Shown here: in pieces, positions 13,707 through 25,100 of the stretch
Layout: every line of letters begins with the position of its first letter
Numbering within the stretch: position 1 is the stretch's first letter
Origin: Lytechinus pictus
Taxonomy: Eukaryota
Reading direction: 5' to 3'
NCBI RefSeq assembly: GCF_037042905.1
Contig: NC_087251.1
Coordinates: 27,716,001 to 27,780,000, forward strand
DNA length: 64,000 nucleotides
Translations under genes and position numbers: made by a program
The notes under the pieces: generated by a model
Database searches by the model: none
The model's input: the letters and a program-made list of their open reading frames with translations, nothing else
Told to the model about the DNA's origin: nothing

Positions 13707-13884
13707 TCTGGGCGTTGTGGCGTGCGCCTGTAATCCAAGCTATGCGGGGAAGTTACAAATTGATGCAGAGGTTCGAGCCCTGGTCACGTCTTTCGGATGG
13801 TGACGTTAAAGGTCGGTCCCAGACGTAAATAATCATATCTGATTGATACACGTCTGACAAAACTCAAATACACACACACACACA
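13707..13884 (+). mobile_element. 7SL-derived (Alu-domain-headed) SINE-like element with (CA)n tail
   Basis: First 42 nt align without gaps to the 7SL 5' end (32/42 against the recalled human sequence); B box GGTTCGAGCCC at 13770-13780; Meta-like GTCTTTCGGATGGTGACGTTAAA; (CA)7 tail. Confidence 0.75.
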
Positions 13885-13947
13885 TTCTCCGCGGCATTAA
13901 CAACTATCGTAAAGGGCGCTCCATTTATTAATAAAGATGGACGTATA

Positions 13948-14027
13948 GCTGTCTATGGCGACAAAATTTGCCGCAAATATTTACGAAGAATTGTGAGAAA
14001 TGGTCTGAAAATGCAACAAAAGAACCG
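13948..14027 (+). promoter_or_regulatory. RFX X-box-like site plus candidate non-coding first exon (donor at 14028)
   Basis: GCTGTCTATGGCGAC at 13948-13962; donor CCG|GTGAGT. Confidence 0.4.
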
Positions 14028-14383
14028 GTGAGTACCGATTAAACATTATCAATTTATTTAATAGAACATATTTTATGACTACAGTTTAACAATTTCTAGA
14101 TAATATTGCTTAGTTCTAAGCTAGGGCGGCCCAAATGCGCGTGAGTGGAGTCCCACTTTATTAACACGGGTAAGTATTGGGGTGTCGCCTAGAGTGCCGC
14201 TACACTACACTCCACCTACCCGAACATCGAGACCCAAAACTCGCTCTGATACTCCGAGTGGCAAAGGTGGGAAAAAAATGCATATTTATTGTAAAAATTA
14301 TACGTCTACACGGCATCAAATATAAGATTTTAAGAATAAAAGCTTAATTTCTTACTTTCTTTAGTTTAGGGCCTAACGTCCTA

Positions 14384-14772
14384 ACCCAGGCCAGCCAGGG
14401 AGCCCAGGGGCTTACCGTGTATTTGGCCATTGTCACCGGACTAGGGTGATTTATGGTCTAAATATTTCTCCAAATGGCCGATCGAGACTGGGGTAGAGGA
14501 GACCCCAGTCTCGATCGGCCATTTTGTTACGATTTTTAACAAAAATGGCCGATCGAAACGGGGGTAGAAGGAGAGAACTTTTCGTTTTTTTTTAGGTTCC
14601 AGTCTGTGCCCAGATGTCAGGAAACTGCCACTCGTTAGACCTTCATCCATATAATCGTGGTAATTGTATACTTTCTGTTTTCACAATTCATTTGGAGAAA
14701 TATTTAGACCATAAATCACCCTAGTCCGGTGACAATGGCCAAATACAGGGTAAGCCCCTGGGCTCCCTGGGT
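14384..14772. mobile_element. MITE with ~85-bp near-perfect TIRs
   Basis: CCAGGGAGCCCAGGGGCTTACC...TCTCCAAAT and reverse complement; internal hairpin at 14476-14520; TA-flanked. Confidence 0.85.
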
Positions 14773-15018
14773 TATTAAAAAAGTTACACTCTTGGAGACT
14801 TGACTCGTCTGACTTGGGGAGTCTTGACTTCACTCCATATCCCTCCTCCGCCTCCGGTTAGCCTCAAAATTGGTGATTTAGAGCCAACACCGAGTTCCTC
14901 GCACATATAAATAATTTGCTGCCGATTTCAAAACATCACGCGCATGCGCGAGGGTCCGAGCTCAGACCCTTCTTCTGGAAACAGTACCACTCACACTACA
15001 TCAGTACATATAGATATA

Positions 15019-15470
15019 CCTCGGGCGAAGTTCGTGCAGGCTCCACTCCACTTCACTACCGCTACACTACGCTCCACCTACCTGAACTTGGAGACTGTGA
15101 ACTCGATCTGATATTCCGAGTGACAAAGGTGGGATTTTATGGGGGGATAAGATTCATGCAACATCACGATCTTTAAAAACAAAACAAATATTCTTAATTT
15201 ACACAAAGTTTCATTTCTTTTCCATGCTTCTATCAGTCTCAAAATTGGTGATTTAGAGCCAACATGAAGTTCCTCACACATATAAATAATTTTTAATTGT
15301 TTTAAAGATCATGATGTTGCATGAATTTTATATTATCCCCCATAAAATACCACCTTTGTCACTCGGAATATCAGATCGAGTTCACGGTCTCGAAGTTCGG
15401 GTAGGTGGAGCGAATAGCGTAGTGTAGCGGTAGTGAAGTGGATTGGAGCCTGCACGAACTTTGCTCGAGG
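15019..15470. mobile_element. MITE with ~160-bp TIRs, TA TSD
   Basis: TA|CCTCGGGCGAAGTTCGTGCAGGCTCC ... GCACGAACTTTGCTCGAGG|TA; related fragments at ~13050-13110, ~14195-14270 and ~14863-14915. Confidence 0.85.
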
Positions 15471-15700
15471 TACACGCACACACGCATGCGAGGTTAGCTA
15501 GACTCTATACTAACCTTGCACAACGCATGTGATTTGACTATGGATTTTGACGTTTTCATTCATCACACAAATGTGAGGGAATAAAACACCCCAAAACCTA
15601 CATTTATTCACTAGGGCCTACATAAATTTAAATCTTATTAAATAACTTAATTTTAAAAATATAGTCGAAATTATTTATAAAAATTATTTTTCACGCTTAC

Positions 15701-16146
15701 CTGCAAATCTCGGCCAAGATACTCCCTCCGATCCGTCCGAAGATCCTTGATACTGTGGTGGAAATTACGCAAACAACACTCGAAAAGAGAATTTTTCCTA
15801 TCGAACAGTCATGATTCAAGTCGGCGCATAATAGAAAATTGTACCAAAAAAAATCAACAGGTTGCATCTCATGTATTTACTTATAGGTGAAGTACGCCAT
15901 CTTTTGACAAGATGATGATGAAAGTGGACTGAATGAGCAAGAAAATAATGCTGAGCGCCTAGAATGCAGCTAGCAGTACAAGCTTCAGAACCGTAAACAA
16001 ACCGGCTTATAAATAATATCGCGCGTCCTCTTTAGGCCAAAATTGATTTCGTCGCTGATTGAAGGGCATCTACGTGAAGATCAATAAAAATTCCCTTTAA
16101 AAAAAAAAACAGCAAAGAGAAGTCACCAAAGGATCCATATGGTTCG
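15701..16146. promoter_or_regulatory. Candidate bidirectional promoter with outward-facing splice donors
   Basis: Minus-strand CAG|GTAAGC at 15701/15700, plus-strand TCG|GTAAGT at 16146/16147, YY1-like CGCCATCTT at ~15896. Confidence 0.4.
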
Positions 16147-16375
16147 GTAAGTGTCATAGCACAATGTGAAATTCTAAATTTAATGTAATAATCTTTTATT
16201 TGGGCAAAAGCCCATGAAAGATTTGCATGGGTTGCGTGCATCATGTGCATTTGATATTCCTTCGCACGGGAGATGAAATGAACCCATGGGTGAAACATTA
16301 CAGGCCACCGTCTGGTGTATTGTCGTACCCTTGTTCATTGAATGAGTGCCTGGGGCTAAGCAAGTCCCTCAATCA

Positions 16376-16586
16376 ATCTTGACAACATCAGTTGAATCCT
16401 CAGACTTCGCTTAGCTTGACTTTGCTGTAATGTGATATGGACTGAAGTTAGTGACTAAAAGATTCACCTGCGTCATGCCGGCAGTTTGTTTGCATGGTTT
16501 GGTTGCTAACTTCATACCATATCAAAATTATGGTGTAGCCAAGTGAAGCGATGTCTGACTGAGGATTCGAAAGATGACGTCAAGAT
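16376..16586. mobile_element. Degenerate small MITE
   Basis: Imperfect TIR ATCTTGAC..GAATCCTCAG / CTGAGGATTC..GTCAAGAT. Confidence 0.55.
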
Positions 16587-17286
16587 CAAAGCTGAAATAC
16601 AGGCTTATTGCCATTCCCGATCTCGATATTTGGAAAAGCGGTGGGCATATTATTTATTGACCTTGAAATGTGACTGAGAGACTTGCCATGACATTAGTGA
16701 ACAATTTCTGGTGGAGAAATTTGCTCGAACTCGAAGTAGGCCGGTGCGAAATTACATGACTCTTAGTTTACTCTATCAATTTCATTTCATTTGTGTTTCT
16801 AGACACACTCACACTAAATGCGAGGTTTATTTACAGACGAACCTCCCACACCCAAGTCAACATGTTTTGAGTGTAAATTTAAACTAAAGCAGCTGACAAA
16901 AATTGCTTCATAACAGAAGTAAATTTTGGCGAAACTTGGTGTAAACTCGAATTTTGACATTTGTAAATAAACACAAAAATAAATTAAATTAAATTAAAAA
17001 TACAATAAATTCTTTATCTAACGTGCTAATATGTTTAGTACGTAATTCATGAGGGTTCCTTTTTCAGTAAATTCAGTAAAGATTAAGTTTGTTTAAGCAA
17101 TATTTAAAGTTGAAGACTGCTGATTACTGCTGATGGCAAACTAACAAATATGCACGTTGCATGGTCTATCATCAATTCATACCCATGGAAAAGAAAGAAA
17201 AATAATACACATTGTAGCCTGTCCAATTGAATGAGAAACGGCTTGTTTGCAAGACACAATGCTTTGAATTGTATTATGAATACATA

Positions 17287-18151
17287 CTGTATAAGCTGTT
17301 TTATTCACAGGGGTTTTATTTTCGCGAATTGCGATCGGGCATGAACTTAACAATGCCCGAAAATATTGACACATTTAGAAATTAGTGCCAATGTCCCCAA
17401 TAACAAAGCTCTGCAATTGCAAACATCCTGTGTGATAAAAAAAATTGTGATATGCACCTATATATGTACAAAAAATAAGAATGAGAAAGTACAGTTATTC
17501 ATTCAAAAAGTTAGCTAGAATTTCACTTTTTTATTTCTCCAACAAAAATAAGAGCCTATATTATTTCCTAACATATCTCTATCAATATTTTTTTCACTCA
17601 CTGTAATATTACAATGTAATATCCACGAAATAATTTGGTGTAATAATTTGATTGACTGTATACACAGGTACCTTGGCAGCTATTTGCATGCTCATTAATC
17701 TTTATAAGTCACATGACAAGAGGTTTTAGAGGTGTAATATTCTGTTCACAAAATTCAAAATTTTTGCACTTAAACCAATTTTAAAAAAAATGAATCTAAC
17801 GAAACACAACTTCCAAAGATTGCTTTTACAAATCAAATTGTGAAATGATGAATTTTCAGATCTAGAGGTGCAAAAAAAGTGAAATGTAAGCCACTTTTTT
17901 TCCACACTTTCTGACTTCTTTACAGGGACATACATGTATTTAGAATGTATGTAGAAAGTACAAAAGACACATCTGCATGGGGGCTTTTAGGAGCATATTT
18001 TTGCGCATGTTTTGCACTATTTTTGCTTCTCTGAAATGTTGTGGAAGTGCTTGGTATATCTTCCGATCGCGAATTCAACAACCGGCGAAAATGTCGGGAC
18101 CCATGCAATTCGCGAAAAAATTCTGTACGCGAAAAATAACAGCTTATATAG
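17287..18151. mobile_element. TA-flanked non-autonomous DNA transposon
   Basis: TA|CTGTATAAGCTGTT...TTCGCGAATTGC and GCAATTCGCGAA...AACAGCTTATATAG|TA. Confidence 0.7.
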
Positions 18152-18212
18152 TATAACATATTGATAATGGGATACATACGTGTAGCCGGGATTCCCCATT
18201 TCGATCGGGGAT

Positions 18213-18545
18213 GAGGGGGGAGGCACTCAACTATATTGTTTTACATGCATGTATGCGTGACCAAAGATTTTACAAACCAATCCTAAACAAGCCTTATTCA
18301 TTGGTCAAATTTATACCCTGTTCAAGTATATTCCATGCTCCTACAATTTTGCCCCTAAACAAGTACAATTCTGCCCCTAAACAAGTACAATTCTGAAAAA
18401 TACAACTTTTTCCCCCTGATTTTGACCTTCTTGACACCCTTAATGTGTTATGTGTGTGACGCACCATGATTGGCAAAAAGTTCCCATTTACATGTTTTGG
18501 GGGGTTGCTCGTGTGTACAACAATATTGTTGAGTTCCCCCACCCC
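18213..18545. mobile_element. MITE-like repeat with G-rich/C-rich ends
   Basis: GGGGGGAGGCACTCAACTATATTGTT ... AACAATATTGTTGAGTTCCCCC. Confidence 0.55.
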
Positions 18546-18998
18546 TGATTTCAATACTATAATACACAGGGTGGCGATATCCCTACATGGTGATTGCGTA
18601 CGTAAGAAATTTGCAAGCATCGGTAATGTTAATTGCTTTGTGAGTACACTGCTGATATTAAAGATAATCTCCCAAAGAGGAAAGAGTCTCATGCTTTGGA
18701 TGTACACATGTACATCTCTGTTGATAAAATTACACTCAAAAGAAAAAAGTGATAAAGTGATAATTTTCTGTCTGCTGCTTCCGCAATCACATATCTGGCC
18801 AATCACAGCAGTCGCCGTCTGAAGAAGCCTACAGCACCAAAGTGCCAGTAACCAAAAGTCCCTCAAAGTATTAATTTAATATAACTCTCTTGATTGTGTA
18901 AAGAAAATTTCTACCAGTGTTAAACAATTTCTTGAATTGGATAAACCTCTTCAAACATGTAGGATTTGTCTGTGTTTCATGAAAACAGACTGCTAAGG

Positions 18999-19148
18999 AT
19001 GTCAACAGAAAGTGATGGCTATGGTGCTTCAGATAATGGGAGTGTGCTCAATGCAAGACGTTATCCACTGGCCAGAAGAGGGCGCTCTAGACCTTCATCC
19101 AATTCTGACGTTGCTGAGAGAGTTGACACATTGGCATCTTCATTAAGA
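18999..19148 (+). CDS. CEP128: CEP128 coding exon 1 (MSTESD...LASSLR)
   Basis: Acceptor AG at 18987-18988, ATG at 18999, donor GTAAGT at 19149. Confidence 0.88.
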
Positions 19149-22100
19149 GTAAGTAGTCTTTCCTTTTTTTTTACCCAGGGGTATAAGAATTCAGCTCTTT
19201 AGCTGATTTCAGCTATTGTTTTTTTTTTTCAGCTTAAATTCAGCCTATTTTAGATTTCCTCAAGTACAAAAACTATGGGAGCTTTTCCAATTTAAACTTT
19301 TTTTAAACACTCTTCAGCTATTTTCTGCTCTGTTTATTTGTGATCATTCATACCTTTGTTTACTGTACCAGTAATGGATTTCCACAGTAATGAGCTGTTG
19401 TGCATCCTTGCTTGCTTCCTACCACAACCTTATACTATTTGTAGGCATGCACTCAGTAATCCAAATTTATCCAACTAACTTAACAGAACAATTTGTGAGT
19501 AAATTCAGTCAATGATGCAAGTTTGGTGCTACAAGTCTCTTTTTGTGGATAATAATATTTAGAATTCAGTTCCCAGACATGATACATATACATATTTTGT
19601 AAAAATCCAATCACTTTCATTGAAATACTCTTCTTTATGGAAATTTTATGTTACTTGATTAATTCACATCATGAAAGTTTTAGCATTTTTCTCATTTAAT
19701 GCTCAGTGTCACGTAATTTCAGTGTTCGATAATCTTTTTTTCCTTGCAATTTTCCAGCCCATCATTATTGATCTTGCAGTATTTATTCACGAAACAAAAA
19801 CAACTTAACATGGTCTACTGCAGTGTTTTTATGTATGTGCTGATGTTTTTTTATGCACCATCTTATTCTTTGATTGATCCTCAGGATACCAACAGAAATC
19901 TCCAAGAGGTTGGTGGTCTGTTAGGACAGTACAGAAGTGCCAGTAGTCAACAGACCGATGCAATTGACAGGGTTTGTTTTCTCTTAACTCTGGATGCAAT
20001 ACGTGTGGTGTGGTTGTAAATTTGTAGGTCATATACTCCAGTTGTTAGAGCATTGGACCCATGATTGTGAGGTTGTGAGTACGCATTCCTGCTCAGTAAT
20101 TAAATCCGCTGTAATCAAAAAGACCTGAGAGAGAGTAATTTCTGTCATCTGTTAGGTCAGTCACTATGACTGATTAACTTGAACATGAAATTTTTCCTAT
20201 GCAAATTTTTATACCAGCTTGGTGTGAATGTGGTAATAAGCTGCGCTACAGAAGTTACTTCATCAGAAAAAAAGGCTCTAGTTTCCACCTTTTCTAAATT
20301 TGATTGAAATCATATTCGTAGCCATAGATGAAATTTTGAGTGGTCTCTCAAACTTGTGAGTTCTGTAGATTTTTTCCTACGACTGTTGGGTTCTTCAGGT
20401 CTTGCCTTCTGTGGAAAAACTTTGTCTTGAATATGACTAATCTGCAGTCTTGATTTATTTAAAGAAATTTCACTGGAATACATTTGACACAAAGAAAATG
20501 TGTTTTTTTCTTTTTGTAAATGGTGGATCCGGAACTTACAAGGCAAGGGGGGTGGGCATGAATGACTGACAAGCCAAAGAAAAAAAGTTTTCACTGGTGA
20601 TGGAATGCATTTTCCCATCAAAAAAGCCTGTATGGGTTTTGCCATGGGCATGTGTCCTCCTGGATCTACTACTGGTGAAATAAACATTCAAATGGTGCTT
20701 GGTTTCTGATATATGCTTGTATTGTTAATATTGAATGGTTTTACTTTTTATTCTCAATTGAGCTACAGTGTGAGAGTAGGAGAAGGCTAAAACTTCACTA
20801 TATCAGTTTGTGATTGAAAATGTATATGAAACAAACTATTTTTTGGTATTTTTATTTTTGTTTGATATGTAGTTGAGGGCAAACCTCAATCAACGTGATT
20901 CCCAACTGAGTAGAGATCGCTCTGACAGATATGCAAGACATGAGTCTGACACTATGTCAGCAAGTGAACTAAGATCCGACTCCAGGCATAGAAGATCAGC
21001 TTCAGCAACACAAACGGTATGAAGGGGGGGGGGGGATGAAAGGGAGAGAGCGATGGAGAGACTTGTAGACAGGCAGAGAGAGAGAAAGATACTAGATGAA
21101 ATAGATTAAAGAGATTTTTTGTGGTTTAAAGTTGAGTTACTTTTCCTGTTTCAACAAAGTTTGATTTTTTTTTCTTCCATCTGTACATGCAACACATTTT
21201 GCTATGGAAACAAATTTCATGTGACGTACATTCCAGGATCTGTATGCCTATCACAACGCCCTTCCAGTACCGAAAGCATAGAGTGGCTGTTTGTTACTTA
21301 ACACCCAGTACAAATTCAGATAAATTTTAATGTTGTCAATTGGTTTCTTAGAATGATATATACTCATACACCTAACTTTTTTTTTTTTTTTTAAATTAGC
21401 ATATGTATCATGATATTCATATCAGTTTTTTCATTTATGACAGAGGAAGACAAGGCCATCTGTCAGATTTAGTCAAAATGCTGATGAGGTGAGAATTCGT
21501 ATCTATTCCAGTTAGCTAGTCCTTTTCAAATCTTTCTTATGAATGTTATATTTACTGCATGCAATAAATGTAGGATAAAAAAAGAGGTCCTAAAATCACC
21601 AATTCTCTGGTTAGATCCTAAAAAGCATATTCGTGCTTCCTAAGCAGTCGGCAAAAACAACAAATTCTACTCTATTACTCTTTACCTACAGCACTCCCTT
21701 CATTCATAATTTTAATTTTGTGAGATGAACAGCACTTAAAACTTCACTCAAGACTATCATTTTCTGTCAAACATTCAAATGCTTTATATTTCTGACAGAG
21801 GAGTCTGCTTCTTTGAATGTCTTTAAGCAGATATGCGGTATCATACAAATGCTGTGAATCATCATCGTCATCTCTAAATCATTTCTTTTTTATGTTCACT
21901 CAGGTCCATGAGATCCACCGCGATATCAGGGATCTAGGCCAAGACCAGGCCAGATTAGCTGAACAGCTCAGTCACGAGAGAAATCGACGTGACCAGGTCG
22001 AGTTGGAAAACAGGAAACTTCTTCTTGACCTCTCAGATTCTGTGAAGCGGACAGAGTGGCAAGATAGCAAGGTATTTGCCATTTGATTTAATCAATAATT

Positions 22101-25100
22101 GCAGTTTTATGCCTCCACACACCGTGAATGGTAGCCAGAGGCATAATACGAACCAATAGCACCATCTCGAGTCCTCAACTACTCATACCTGGCCAGTTTC
22201 CTGACCCATAATGCTAGTGAAGTCTAGTAATATAGACCCACTTGATTGATAACATGCTAATTAACTACTCAATACATTTATACCGCAATAATTATGTTAC
22301 CAAGTAGAAAAACAATTACTCTTCCTATAAAAACATTTTAGTTTCTCTGTACAAATACAGTTATATGTCAATTTATTCTCTGTAGTATTATACAAATAGC
22401 GAATAGGCATGAGTGCGATGGTGCGAGATTTTGCATGAGGTGAAAGAAAGATGCTCTATTCAACGAGGCGTGAGCCGAGTTGAATAGAGCGTTTCTTTCT
22501 TTCACCGAATGCGAAATCTCGCACCATTGCACGAATAAGAATATTCGCTATTTGTGTTGTACAACGCCTCGGAATTTAGCGAAAATATGAAAAAACAAAG
22601 AATTTATCCCTATAGTAATCTATGAAAAGGGAGCAAAAATACAGAAAGCAGAAAGCAAAATCCCACAAGCGCACATGACCTTGGGCAGCCTTGCGCATTT
22701 AGCCAGCTGGCTTATACGCGTACTGTTCATTTTTACCGAGCGCAATGAATTAAATTGTATTGTGACGTCACCTCCTAAAGCCGTGCAACGGTACATTTTG
22801 GATGGTACGTCTTGTGCAACGGTACGAATGTTTGACATTCAGCCTCCCATTTGCTCGCGTACAACAAGCTAAGTGGGCTTTGTACAATAGTAAATATCTG
22901 AAAACACACAGTCAATGAGAGACCACACACAGTTCTCTCCCCTTTAATGTCAATGCCTTGAAATGTGTGGGGTCCTAAAACATAAACTAGCAGTTGAGCT
23001 TTACATTAATTTGAATACATGAGTAATGTAAGACAAGCAATGCAACAAAGAAGCATTCTTATCAGGGCTTTCATGGTTTTCACAGTTCTAGTTATGATAG
23101 CATGGACATGAAAATAAGTGAGGTTTTTTAAATAAAACTGAAATACTAACTGACAAAATGACCTAGGATAGTGGAATACCAGTTTTAAACAGAGATATTT
23201 CTTTTTTTCCCCCAGCCATCAGAGAGAGTTGAGAAGCGTCTGAGAGATCTACAGGAGGAGCTACGGTTGCAACGTGAATCAGTTTCTAGGAAATTCAAAA
23301 GCACAGATGACAGAGATTCTATCAAAAAAGAGATAAGAGAGGTATGCAATGATGATATCAAATGCAACTATAAGAAATGTTTTATTGAGTTGAGAGAAAG
23401 AAAGAAGGGTGTACGAAGAAAGAGGAGGAAACATATTCGGTCAACCCTTTTTATAGACTCTCATACTCTTTGAAACTTGAACCAAGTCAATTTAGTAACA
23501 TGTAATATGATGAGAAGCAACATTGAGGGGAGGGGGGGTACACATTAATGTATTACAAGATGGTCAACAAGCTATGTTTATTAGCCATGCTGTGAAGAAA
23601 CAAATTTCAAGAGCGGGAAGAAAAAAAGGTAGAATAAATTTGTCAAGTGCAGGAAGAAAAACAGAGAGAGAGAGGAGTGAGAAAAGATAGGGGCCATGGA
23701 ATTACATTATATTTTTTCAGTCAAAATAGGGGATTTGATTTTCACACTTTATCTATAGACAAAAAAAAACTGATTTTCACCGACAACTGTTATAAGCTAC
23801 TGAAATGTTTTCATCTGAATGACTCGGAACAAATTAGTCAGTGAAAACAACTTGACTATGTGCTTCATGAAACCCTCCACTGGATCCAGTTACACAAAGG
23901 TTAGCAATTAATCGTACACTTGATTTTCACGATTGATTGTACATTGTAGTCAATGGAATCGATCGTAGAAAATGTTCTACGATCATTGCTAAGTTTTGTG
24001 TTACGCTTCCCTGATGTGACAGTGTATTGCAGGGGCAAACCATTGTTAACACACAACAGGTCTCTCTCCTACCGGCACTTGTCTAATGACCATGTCCTGT
24101 TACCACCGGGGTCAGGAAAGGTTAGAAGTTAGTGTTGGGTATGGTTTATAGACCAGGAAAATGATAATGCTGGATAGATGGTGAGGACTTTAAAACATTG
24201 TTTTTTCTTGTGGGTATAGAGTTTATGTATTTTAGGTTGTTGATTGCTTCCTCCTTCCTAGAAATGTCTGTACAATGTACAGAATAGAAATGATCATTGC
24301 CCCCTTGTCTCCATCCTATTTCTGACTAATAAAGACACTACTGAACGTGAGTCGTGAGGAGGATCGTGAGCTAAGATCAAGGCTGGTTCAGATGGAGGCT
24401 GAGAAACAGAAGATGGCATCGGAGCTGGAGAGTACCAAGAGAAAACTCGACCAATCACACGGAAGCTCATCTGTTCTACAGCAACATGTAAGATCTCTTG
24501 ATGTACATACTTGTCCATCAGTTCAGTGCCAACTGTCCACATTTTACAACGTCGGTCATATCTATAAAGTTATAGGAAAATTACTAGATTTTCACAAATA
24601 TTTGTATATAATTCATAGTAAAATAGTAGTAATATAAGAACTATGTTGTAACGTATCTTAGCTTTTACAGATTGTTATTAATCATTTGATTCACTCGGTC
24701 TTCTTTAGGTAAATTTTTAACAAGTTTGGAAGAATTTTTGCCAATTGCATGCCGATTGCTCTGTTTTTCGTAATTCATGTCCTTTGTCTGTGTACATTGC
24801 AGACTTCTCCAGTTTTCTCCATCCCTTATTTTCCTCTGCTTTCTTTTCTGTCTCTCTTGTTTTGCTCCTTTCTCATGTGGCTTTCATAGTGTTTATGTGT
24901 AAGACGGTGTGCCTATTGCAAACCATTTTGTGTTGTAGGATATATGCCTTTTTCTTGATGTGAAATTATTATTATTGTAAATACAATTTTCCCCTGTTTT
25001 CAACTAAATTTTAAACCCAAGCCCATACTTTGTACAAGAAGATGTAACCATTCGATGATCAATATATTACATTTTAAGAAAATCGATGTTTACTTGAACT

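Noticed and set aside
13707..13884. Functional SRP (7SL) RNA gene
   Set aside because: Similarity stops after ~45 nt; no S-domain, no 3' Alu strand and no oligo-T terminator; ends in (CA)n.
18294..18866. 190-aa minus-strand and 118-aa plus-strand ORFs
   Set aside because: They overlap a MITE and intron-like sequence and have no recognisable domain.
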